DNA of 63,413 bases, the filler included, from Intoshia linei (Eukaryota > Animalia > Orthonectida), in the NCBI GenBank assembly GCA_001642005.1. It is 8 parts of 8 records of this genome, joined end to end, with 100 filler letters (N's around TTAATTAATTAA, not from the genome) between each part and the next. Parts side by side here need not be neighbours in the genome. Positions count along the whole stretch, not along the records: positions 51,034 to 56,550 come from LWCA01001768.1; positions 56,651 to 60,463 come from LWCA01002017.1; positions 60,564 to 62,082 come from LWCA01002588.1; positions 62,183 to 63,413 come from LWCA01002717.1; 4 more parts are not named here. One strand, 5' to 3'. The position numbers were made by a program, and so were the translations under genes. Under the pieces are notes generated by a model, which was given only the letters and a program-made list of their open reading frames with translations, did no database searches and was not told the DNA's origin. Position 1 is the stretch's first letter, and each line of letters begins with the position of its first letter. Below, piece by piece: positions 52,600 through 63,413 of this stretch.

Positions 52600-55305
52600 T
52601 TACTGAAGATAAAAAATACATCCAGTTGGAATGGGGAAATTACGATAAATATTCTTATTTCACATTAACATATCAACTAATACAGGGTTATTTTTGACCT
52701 AATAACATATACTTAATGACTGTTTAATAGCGATTTCCGATTTTTAAAATTTCTGCTCATGTTTTAAAAAAGTTCCCACAGTTTAAACTATAAATAGTAT
52801 TTTTACATTTTAAATCAAATTAGTAAAATTACCGCGTTAATTAAATCCAAGTACAGTCATATTTTGATAATCTATTTATTTTATCAAATTTAATTGTAAA
52901 TTAAAAATATATAATTTACAAATGTGTGTTATGTTAGTAAAATAAACTTTAATAATATTACAAATACACACACCAATAAAAAATTACACATTTAGTTGAT
53001 TCATTTGCTATAATACATGCATTTCGACGATCACTGATTATTTTTAATTATATTCTGTAATTACGCCATAAAAAACTCCAAAAATTGATTTCCTTTCCTT
53101 TCCTGTTAACCAGGAATTTGACTTTATTTCAATATATTTCATATAACAACTTGGCATTCCCATCGACATGGGTGGCTCTACTTGGGAAACGCTTTAATAT
53201 AAGTATTTTAGATTTTCTTAAATCAGAATGACATACATGTATTTGATTTTAACAATAAATTTAGGAGATGTAATTATATATTCTGGAAGATGTTTTTCTC
53301 ACTTTGTCGGTATTTTAGATGATCATGATTCCAATGTATTTAAATTGGTAATATCAAACAAAGTCATGAAAACTGAAAGTGAACATTTAATTGTGACATT
53401 TTTAAATACATCTAACAGTTTAATTGAAGAAACTAAAGATATTATTAATGGTAATTATACTTTAATATTATTTAGTTATTATTAATTATAATGTTTAGTA
53501 TATGCATTAATATTAATGAAATTATATATATAAAAAATAATTAGTGCTACTATTATGTATATTAATATATGGGATGCCAACATAATAAAAATATATTTTT
53601 GCAAACCTTTAGACCATAGTTCTCATGTTAAATATGTGATATTAAACATTTTTTATCAAGTCCATTAAAATTTTTTACATAATACGTAACATATTTTGGC
53701 ATAATTTAATCAATATATTTAATGGTCCATTTTTAATTTTTTTTAAGTTTTTGAAATTAAATAAAGTTGTAATAGAGTAGATTTTACAATGTACATCAGT
53801 GTTTCCAAACATTTTTTTATGCTAAGCCTCACTTTCACTCATAAAAAATCTTAGACCCAATTGAAAAAAAACAACCGTATAATCATTTTTTTAGAGTTGA
53901 TATAACAGTTAAATTAAAAAAGAAGCATTGTTAATTCAGTGATTATTTTTTACTAAAAACTATTGTTTTATAATAAATCACAAATAGAAATTTTTTATTT
54001 TCGAAATTCGAGTTAATTATAATATTTATTTTATAGAATTAATGATATCACTGAGATTTTTTTAATATTATATATGACAAACGAGAATCCGTTACATATA
54101 TAAAATTAAATGTCTGTTTTTGTGTGTTACCGTTTAATTAAAAAAGGGTGTCTACTTAAATCCAACCATTTTTACAAATAATTAAAATTTACCAACCATT
54201 TAAGGAAATTCCTTTTTTAGCAAACCTTAAGGGTAAAATTAAGTTTTACCAAACCTTTAGGAAAAATTCCAGTTTTAGGGTTTGTAAAAGTGAATTAATC
54301 TCTTAAAGGTTGGTAAAACTGCATTTTTCCCTTAAGGGTAGGTAAAAGTGGAATTTTCACTTAAGGGTTGGTAAAACTAATTTTTTTAATTTAGAGTTGG
54401 TAAGACTGAATATTTCCCTTTAAGTTTGGTAAAAGTGGGTTTTTTGTACAAATGGTTGGGTTTTCGTGAAAAAATGGTTGGGTTTTAGTGAAAATGGTTA
54501 GATTTAAGTAAAAATAGTTGGATTTTAGTAAAAATGGTTGGGTTTAACAATATTCTCACTAAAAAAAGCAAAAGTCCTAGATTGAAAAAAAAACCATTTT
54601 TCGATAATACATTGTTTATAATACATTTTTTCCAGAATTATATTTTAGAAATTAAGTTTTTCAGGGTTAAAAACCCAAATTACCTGTTTTTTTAAAAAGG
54701 AAAAAAGTTACAGAATTTTATAAAACATAAATTTTGGATATTTTTTTAAATCATGAGAATTATCATAAATCTCAACCTCAAAAACTTAAAATCAATTATA
54801 AAATCGGCTCTCGGCAGAGCTAGCTGCTGTTTCTACGAAGTACATAAAAGTAAATGTAGTATTTTACAAAATTAAAATTACCCTATTTTAGTTTTCATAA
54901 TCCCAATAAATTCGTAAAATTTCTCTAGTCCTACGGTTAGGAAACACCATATATTTTATAGTATACATGTTATTATGTAAATATATTAATTAGTTGATAC
55001 TACTCCATATAATGTGCGCTTAAAGGGAATATCGTGCCATCAAGCGAAAATTGAATGGTCTTGTCAGGTATTCTGTTAGCTTATTTCATTAAATACGTTG
55101 TACATTGTAAGTATACATTAATTTTATCTTTAGGCTTACGACTTAACCAACAATATAATGAAGTTCATTGTATATTTGGGTACTTTAATTAATTTTTTTT
55201 CATCATATCTTGATGTATATTATAGATAAAAAAGTTCACGTAGGCACTCGTAATAGCTATGTTTTATTGAAGAATTTACGATCGAATACTGAATACAATA
55301 TTGAA
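52600..55305 (+). CDS. Fibronectin type III domain-containing protein (partial, multi-exon; boundaries uncertain)
   Basis: Short exons ~54994-55067, ~55134-55179 and ~55226-55305 splice to VDTTPYNVRLKGISCHQAKIEWSCQ|AYDLTNNIMKFIVYL|DKKVHVGTRNSYVLLKNLRSNTEYNIE, an FN3 pattern (P.N...A.I.W...L...TEY.I). Candidate upstream exons at 52600-52685, 53115-53202 and 53264-53450. Confidence 0.65.
53797..54950. mobile_element. hAT MITE interrupted by a Helitron (54088-54859)
   Basis: CAGTGTTTCCAAAC ... GGTTAGGAAACAC termini. The inner element runs A|TCCGTTACATATATAAAA ... CTCGGCAGAGCTAGCTGCTGTTTCTACGAAGTACATAAAAG..GTAG|T and carries a minisatellite. Confidence 0.72.
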
Positions 55306-55910
55306 GTAATTTAAAGTTTTAAAAACAATTTTAACATTTTTATGAATATTTAAAAAATTTTTCCGTTGACATGTACAATTTTTTATTGTAAATGTGCTAG
55401 AGGTATTGAAAATTTAACTTTTAAGAAAATAAATTAAAGGATTAAATTCGCACAAAAAATTTTAAAAAATTCGTTTTAATAAAGGTTTTTTGATTATTTT
55501 TCAGAGTTGCATCAGTATATTAATTTTCACTGCATTGCAAATTTCAATATATTTAACGTTTTAGGTTGAATTACATACATATATTTCTAAAATTTTCATA
55601 ATTTAAGTTGTAATAATTACATCCTTATAAAACCGCCTGAACTTAGTACACTATAATACATACAGAAATATAATGCCCATTGTTTTTTTAATTTCTTGAT
55701 AAAACATTTATTCTTTATTTCTGTTTTCTATCTCTGTGGCATCTCATTCGTATCATTTCATCAACCTTGGTTTTAATCCTTTTAAATGTTAAATTTTATA
55801 TTTAGATAGCATTATATCATAATAATAATTATACAAAACGTTCAAATGTGTTTATATTCAAAACTAAAAGTTACGGTAAATTATTTTGTATATACAGCTA
55901 TTTACTATAA

Positions 55911-56550
55911 CACGGTGCGCATTCTGAAAAACACCTAAACTTGTGTTATATCATTAAATCTATAATTTCATGTTGATTTGAATGTATAAATATTAAGGTG
56001 TGACGAGGTCATAATTATTTGCAATTATAGTTTTAAATTAATATTATTTTAAAACCGTCGTATAAGTAACTCGTTATTTTTCCATACAATAATATCAATT
56101 AGTTTATTGTATAAAGTTCAATTATATTTTTATTTTACACATGTATTGTGATTGCAAATATCATTCGGATGCTGATAAATATTGCTACATGTGCGGTCAC
56201 AGAATATTATGTAAGAAAAAGAAATATTCAGTTGACGGAAAATTAAAGGATACATTGAAAAGTATCTATGATATTAAATACATAAAAAATATCTGAACGC
56301 CTGGGTATATATGCTTATCTTGTGCAAATTCAATTTACAAAAATTACAAAAGATACGAAAAACCTCAATCATGGACATGCCCTGGTTCAAAAAATGATTG
56401 CTATTTCTGCATATGCAGAGATATCTCATTTAACAGTAAATTGAAAAATAAACATTTGCCAAATGTAGCATCATGTTTAAAACCGATTCCAATACCCAAG
56501 AGAAGAAAAAATGATGTATTTATAACTACATCAGATTCTTCATTCGACGA
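55911..56550 (+). mobile_element. Chapaev3-like element, 5' part (truncated by the gap)
   Basis: Candidate terminus TAA|CACGGTG. The frame from ATG 56141 reads MYCDCKYH..KYCYMCG..KNI*TPGYICLSC..KPQSWTCP..NDCYFC..PNVASC.KP (one TGA where Trp is expected). Confidence 0.7.
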
Positions 56551-56650
56551 NNNNNNNNNNNNNNNNNNNNNNNNNNNNNNNNNNNNNNNNNNNNTTAATT
56601 AATTAANNNNNNNNNNNNNNNNNNNNNNNNNNNNNNNNNNNNNNNNNNNN

Positions 56651-56853
56651 ATTTATTAAATCTATTACTTCATCCTGTATTTTATCGGGAATACATGTAG
56701 TTTACATATTGAGTAAAAAAGAACATTTAAAATTGTAATACAGAATGTAAAAATATTTCCTTAACATTATTACTGTCAATATTATATTTTAAAATAAAAA
56801 AATATATTCATAAAATTTTCAAATTCTCACGACCCCCCGGTTGAAAACCACTG
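56651..56853. mobile_element. Second copy (right end) of the hAT element at 3908-4616
   Basis: Closely similar to 4418-4616, ending CACGACCCCCCGGTTGAAAACCACTG. Confidence 0.85.
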
Positions 56854-56914
56854 ATATAATTAATTTCATCAATACAACTAAATTTTTTTTGCATTATTAA
56901 ATACATTGTAATAC

Positions 56915-57941
56915 CGATTGAACCGACTGAATCATGTATGCATTGTTATTCATGAATGTTTTGCCAAGTTCGTACAATTCGTGGGATGTATTTACGAAAT
57001 TATTAATTATCAATAAAGCCTAATAAAATGTATAAAAATTTTAAATTTATATAAATACCCAATATAAAATAAAATATTATATATACCAATATAAGATACC
57101 CAAACTGAATATTTTGATGCAACATTTAAAAACTTACGCATTCACTTATTTCAAATTTCATCCGTTCTTCGATATCCTGAACACCTAATACGTATTCACA
57201 TTGACCAACATCAAGTAATGCTAACTCACGGTAATACGACTTCTGTAATTATTAAAATGAATATATAATACATTTATATTATTATATATAATACTAACCT
57301 CGACAGTACTCATGTTTAAAGGTTTTGATTTAACATTAATAATTTTTTCTTGGATGGATTCGACTTTTGCTCTTTGTTTTTCATTTTTCTTTTTATTTTC
57401 CTAAAATACAATATTGATTGAAAAAAATAAAAAACCTTTAAACTTCCTACATCTGCGCATATTTCCTCCAATGTTTTAGATATTTGATTGTTTAAAATGG
57501 TAAACTAATTTGTATATTTTTAATAAGGCATATTTAAAATTACAGATCTTTGGTTACAGTTTTGTTCACTTTGAATAAATGAACTGCACTCTGAAAAGGA
57601 TCTAACTAAAAGAAAATGCATTGAAAAATGTGGAAAAGTAATATATTACTAATTTCATTTTCGTTTACAGTATTTTTCGTTGAAATTAATTCTATAGGAT
57701 AATTATCCAATAGATTTTTCATTTTTTCTGTTATTTTTTCAATTTCTATATAGTATATATTGTAACCATTATTAAATCAATTACTTTTTGAATAGTTTGC
57801 ATAGTCCATTATGCATTCTGATAATTTTCGCGCATATCTGCCTGCAGATTCAATGTTTTTTTCATGTTGTGCTATATTGTTTATATGACTAGGGGTATTG
57901 TAAATTGCTTCAACAAACTCTAAAATTTGTCCTGTAGCCAT
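56915..57941 (-). CDS. GRAF/oligophrenin-family (ARHGAP10/26/42/OPHN1-like) BAR domain, 5' exons
   Basis: MATGQILEFVEAIYNTPSH..HEKNIE resembles the GRAF N-terminus LEF..Y.DSP.F..HE.EL. Spliced exons give EYVLGVQDIEERMKFEISEC and LYELGKTF, matching GRAF EYV..VQ.V.ERK.FEF.E and YELAKDF. Confidence 0.72.
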
Positions 57942-58680
57942 TATAAGTGTTATACAACGTTTAATAGAACAAATATTTGTTTCAAATTTAGTTAATAGAA
58001 TATAGATCATTATTTGTATGTATATAAAGTTTTATTCAGAGTATTATGCAGTGTATGTATTTGACATGAATTTTCCACGTCATGTCCTTAAAAACGTTAT
58101 TGTCTTATAAATAATTATGATTTAATAAAATTTATTATAATTTTGAGATGTAATAATTATAATCTACATTATACTATACAATGTCAAAATAGTTATTTAC
58201 ACCAATGGTGGGCAACCTTATGATGGTAACGACCGGGTGGTAGATTCTGATAATTTGGGCCTGAAACGTTAAAAATTTACTATACACTGTTAGTACGGTA
58301 AACTCTGTCTATAAGAACAGTTTTTGAGTTGTTTTTATAGAGAGCCTCGAACATTAGGTAGTGCAGACGGTGGGAAGCATATACTGTACGAAAAAATCCC
58401 ATTTTACCACTTTCCCCACCTCTGGGTTAGTGCATAATCAAAATGTTAGTGCATTAGTGAAGAAAATTAACTAAACTATGGAAATATTGAAATCTGTTTT
58501 GAAATCATGGTTGATTGAAAAAAATGAGAATATAAAATTGGATAACAATAAAATCTATAAAAAAATTAATGTATTTATATGTATTATTAATATTACCACA
58601 TTCACCATACTTGGCTCCATCAGACTACTTCTAATTCATTAATTTAATAACTTTAATTATAATTAAATTATTATAGTATA

Positions 58681-59060
58681 CTAGGTTGACTGTTATGTAC
58701 TACGTACCAACAGCACCTAGCTCAGCCGAGTATTCAGTATATATATTCAGTACCAATTTACATGTTAATAAATACTTAAAAATACCAATTATGTATCAAT
58801 AATTAACGGAATCTTTACTTTGTAAACATTCAAATTCAAACAAATTCAGACGAATTTTACCAATATTGCAAAGGATTGTAATAAATATAAAAATGATAAT
58901 AAAAAAGTTGTATTACTTTTAGTAATCGTGTTTGTCGTTTTAACTCTTACGAGACTATGCTGATTTTCAAAATTGAAAGCAAAAAATTTCACTTTTGAAA
59001 TATTAAAAAACACCAAAATTTAAAGCTCAAAATTCACAAATTTCAATGTCATTGATTTGT
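58681..59060 (-). mobile_element. Helitron 3' portion
   Basis: A|CTAGGTTGACTGTTATGTACTACGTACCAACAGCACCTAGCTCAGCCGAG; the body matches other copies. Confidence 0.78.
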
Positions 59061-59434
59061 AGAGTGAACAACTTAAATTTGGCTTAGAATTAGCAATAAA
59101 ATATAGTTAACTTATAAAAAAAAACTTTTATTAACTACTACTTTTGTATATTTAATTAGATTTTTATAAAAAATTAATTTATAAATTACATTTGACAAAA
59201 GCAGAAGATAAAATATGATTTATTGTGGTACAATATTAAATATTTTTTTAACATTTTTGGTAAAAAATTTCCATTTTTCATAAGAAATTTTTTTAGTTAA
59301 CTAAATCTTATTTCCACAGAAAAGATGTCGATTTAGCATTCTTTAAGTCATAGTATAATGAATGGTTTCATCAATATCGCACATTATCTTTTGAATATCA
59401 GTATTATTCAGTCTTTTTTCAATATATTCTTTAA

Positions 59435-59645
59435 CCCTTTCACTGTCTGTATATTCTATACTATACACAGCAATTTCACTTCACACGTCTGTGTATTCTA
59501 TGATATACACAGCATAATTTGAAAAACTTTAATTTTTTTTAGTTTTCATACATTTTTAATTTAAAAATAATACATGTTTACATTAAAACATAAATTCCAG
59601 ACGTGTGGTGATGCACCATAAAATAGTATTAGACAGTAAAAGGGG
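59435..59645. mobile_element. piggyBac-type MITE
   Basis: TTAA|CCCTTTCACTGTCT ... AGACAGTAAAAGGGG|TTAA, with two internal copies of CTGT(A/G)TATTCTAT..TATACACAGCA. Confidence 0.85.
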
Positions 59646-60130
59646 TTAATTTTACAATAATCAAAAATAAAATTTAGATTTTTTTAAACATTAAGCAGCC
59701 TCGTTTTAAGAAATGCTGGTCTAGGAGAATATCCAATGTGATGGAAAAGCTCCTTAACATCCATATTCTTTAATTTAAGAAATTTCATGCTAGTGACAAA
59801 TTCATCTACTTTTCTATAATAGTTTCTTAATGAAAATAAAAAAATATTGCTTCTTTGAACAATATTTTTTTATTCTATCATTTTTTCTAGATATAGTTGA
59901 TCAATTTTATTTTTACAATAAGTTTCAGATAGTAAATTTTTCCCATATTTTTAAATAAATACGTGAGTTTTTTAGTATTTAGTTTGTATAGGGGAAACAT
60001 CTGTAATTAATTAATTAGCTAATTAATATTAATATGCATAATATTTATATCATTATTTTTATTATTTTAATCATGTAAAAAATTAACTCATAATGGCTCT
60101 AGTAATTACACATTATTTTACAAGATTTTA

Positions 60131-60219
60131 TTAAACAATCTGAATAAACACTTTTGGTACAAGTCCTGTTTTGTTATTGTGGGTTGCAATCATCCAATCA
60201 TCTTCTTCAGATTTTATTA
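60131..60219 (-). CDS. Terminal exon encoding the C-terminal half of an SH3 domain (GRAF-type)
   Basis: TTAG|(x)IKSEEDDWMIATHNNKTGLVPKVFIQIV*, matching the SH3 W....NGKTGL.P..Y/F ending of GRAF-family proteins. Confidence 0.72.
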
Positions 60220-60274
60220 CTAATCACAAAATTAATATAAAAAATTAACTTTTATTCTAATAAATTATAAAATA

Positions 60275-60800
60275 CTAAATTGACTGTTATGTACTACGTA
60301 CAAACAGCACCTATCTCTGCCGAGGGCACATTTTTATTCTACCAAAAAAATTAATTCATGTTCAAAATCTAACTTAAAAATCCTACTATTCACTATTATC
60401 ACTATATACTATTTTTTACTTTAACGTGAATTATTCCATTTTAATTTTTTGTTTGTTAACATTNNNNNNNNNNNNNNNNNNNNNNNNNNNNNNNNNNNNN
60501 NNNNNNNTTAATTAATTAANNNNNNNNNNNNNNNNNNNNNNNNNNNNNNNNNNNNNNNNNNNNTTATTTTTCACCGGGAATGCGTAGATTTCTGGAGTTA
60601 AAATTTTGTATTTATATTAACTGGAATAAGTTCTATCAGAATAATTTTTTTTTTAATTTTTGAACCGTTAATTATTTCACATTTTTTGTTTTAATCAAAT
60701 ATCTCTAAAAAAATATATGAATACTAAAATACTTTTTTCATTATGAAGGCGTCACTTATTTAGAGTGAAATTTTTTGTGTGTGTTAACAAAATACAATTA
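60275..60800 (-). mobile_element. Helitron fragments spanning a gap
   Basis: TTGACTGTTATGTACTACGTACAAACAGCACCTATCTCTGCCGAG (3' end, reverse complement) and body sequence matching 51500-51750. Confidence 0.72.
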
Positions 60801-63413
60801 TAACATATATTTTTTAATTAACTTTCAATCTACTGATATCTTTTCGCGGTAGACTGGTAGATCACCCCTGGTGTATTGTAATAATGACTTAATTTATGAT
60901 TAATTAAAGATTAAAAAATTAGGTTTGGCGAATTTTTTTTTGGTGATAAAAAAATATATTTAAACTTGTATTCTCTTATGTTATGATAAATTCATAACCC
61001 ATGTTTGGGAAACATACTTTTAGTTTCTAATTTATGTAAACATACATTAAATTTTTTTAAAAAATTATATTTTTGTAATTCCGTTTTTAGAAACAAGCAA
61101 AATATAAATGATGAGTTGACAGATAAAATTAGGTAATTTATTTGCATATCATAATTACATAATCCCATTATTTCAGAGTCGTGAAAAGGGGCTAGGTGGT
61201 TATTTCATAACTCTAATCACTAAGGCCTTGGTCCACGGGTCTATTATTATTCATTAATAGATAGAATTGGAAAATTTAAAAATTATCTTATATTAAAACG
61301 TTCCATTCATCATACTACGCTGTGCAATGTAAAAAACCCGATCGAACACACAATATTATGCAATGCTGTTATTTTCATATAGAAACTTACTATTTTAATC
61401 TTACCAGTCCCAATATCGTTCTCCACGGCCATGTAGCAATCTTATAAATACAATATCAATCTTATATTGACTCACAAAATCATTCAATATTATAGTTAGA
61501 GCTGTATTTTGATACCGTTTTAATTAAATTTGATACATTGAAAGCTAGTTTCCCTATTTATAAATTTTATAATTTTTGGGAATCACTATTTGATGTTCAT
61601 TAGTCCTTAGTAAGAACTCCTTACTTATATAAACTTAAAAAAAATTAAAAATTTGAGTCGGTATAAAAATTGCATTTGTAGGTTGCTATTTATTTAGAAT
61701 ACTGACCCTTCCAGAAATTTAAAAAATACAAAGCATAAGTCATATTTTAATTATTTTAATTTCTATTTTATGGCGTAGAAAGTAAGATAAATATCAATTT
61801 GCATATTCAGGGTAAATATTCATAATTTTTTTTATTTTGAAAAATAAAAAAAAATTATTATGCTATCATACTTTTTCCAAAAAAAATTTCTAAATATAAA
61901 TACAATGTATGTATCTAGAAATGTTCTTAATATAGTCCCGTAATACATTCCCCTATTATTAATAAAAATTAATAATTAATAATTTAAATTTGTGTAGAGT
62001 TTTATCAATAAAAACAATAAACTTGAAAAAAAATTGAAATCTCTTATGCAACAAAACAAAATATTAAATAATGAATATCCGANNNNNNNNNNNNNNNNNN
62101 NNNNNNNNNNNNNNNNNNNNNNNNNNTTAATTAATTAANNNNNNNNNNNNNNNNNNNNNNNNNNNNNNNNNNNNNNNNNNNNTGTAATGGCTTTCTTATT
62201 ATATATCTCATATAAAAAAATAAACTACCTATACATATACCATCACTTTTTAATTGATAGCCTAAATTGCATTGTGTGCAACGATTTTCATTTTCGTGTT
62301 CGCAATTAATAACTAAAAATTAAATATACATAAAATTATTTATATTTGCACTAGCTTTACTCTTATTTGCATCGTACAAATAGTAGCTAGTTCTGACAAG
62401 GATAGATTTTTTAATTATACTAAAAATTAATTTTTTCACTTATAAAAAATTGAATAGTTGTATTTCTTTTGAAAAAATTAATAGCTCTACATATACAGAA
62501 TTTCTAATAAATTCACTTAAGGTGATGCAATATCGAAAATGCCATTATAGAAATGTGATATTTACAGTCAAAAACTTGTGTTTTAGTTTTATGTCAAAAA
62601 ATTTTAATAATTTTGAAAAATAACAAAACTTAGTATAAAAATTTTAAAAATATCATAGATCATAGAGTATTTTCAGTTTGTATACAAACCAATTTTGAGT
62701 ATAAAAGATTATCGCCTTCACGATATAAATGCAATTTGATATTGATGTTTTTATTTTATATTTATTAAAAAAAAAATAAGGTATATAACTAATATTATTA
62801 TAATTTTTATATATTATCTTTATACAGTTTATTTAAACTGATATATATAATAAATTTTAAAAGAATTTCAATTGAACTTGGTTGGCGTTTTATGTAATAT
62901 ATACCTGTACAAATTCCAACCTTCAACTTGCCCAAGAAAGGTGTATAATATTCTATACAATTAGTGCATTGTAACTTACTATCTGTATAACTACACTTTA
63001 AACAGTCAAATATTGTATTGCAATCTAAATTAAGAATGTTATTAATGATACAATAATTATAATAAATATTATTAAAAATTTTAAGCTAACATTGTTTGCA
63101 GTGCAACAAAAAAAGTTGAAACCGCTTAATTTATCTGAATTTGATATTTCACAAAATGATGGCTGTTACGAGAAAGATACGAAATATTCTGTGAATGTTT
63201 TAATCATTTTTTTAGTCGTTTACAGTTAAATAAAAAATGGCGCATTTCTAAAATTTAATATTTTATCTCGTTACGTTTTGAAAACATTCTATGTGGTTAT
63301 GCTGTAATATAAGATTTATAATTGTTTACTTTTTATATCATTTGTTCCGTCGCAATATTTTGTATTCGATTCTGTTTTACATGCTAAACAAATAAATAAT
63401 ATTTATTAACACA

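Noticed and set aside
56294-56296. TGA at a conserved Trp position, suggesting UGA=Trp recoding
   Set aside because: It occurs only in a decayed transposon. The long host exons (dynein, VARS) use TGG and have no in-frame TGA.
61300-61445. Minus-strand exon pair possibly encoding an Ig-like ending (CYMAVENDIGTA)
   Set aside because: The frame is ambiguous and the segment too short to support a call.

Overview
AT-rich eukaryotic (metazoan-type) draft-assembly sequence with very short GT-AG introns (e.g. 32, 39 and 43 bp). It is broken by seven artificial 100-bp gaps (N-run/TTAATTAATTAA/N-run). The compact-intron, AT-rich style suggests a reduced invertebrate genome such as an orthonectid, but this is inference only. 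Host genes are: a large minus-strand axonemal dynein heavy chain (DNAH6/DNAH14-like) running off the left edge; an SLC16/MCT-like MFS transporter; valyl-tRNA synthetase; LUC7L3; an FN3-domain gene fragment; and a GRAF/oligophrenin-family BAR gene, with a separate GRAF-type SH3 terminal exon upstream of it. Introns and intergenic DNA are crowded with DNA transposons: a full-length decayed piggyBac, many hAT (Buster/Ac) MITEs, Tc1/pogo MITEs, Ginger-like, Mutator-like and P-like MITEs, Chapaev3-like remnants and a high-copy non-autonomous Helitron family. The most unusual observation is not in the ORF track. It is a minus-strand array (48249-50933) of five complete exons plus one partial, each complete one exactly 81 nt and phase 1-1. 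Each encodes one divergent 27-aa module, C-x8-C-x4-C-x-W-x6-C.
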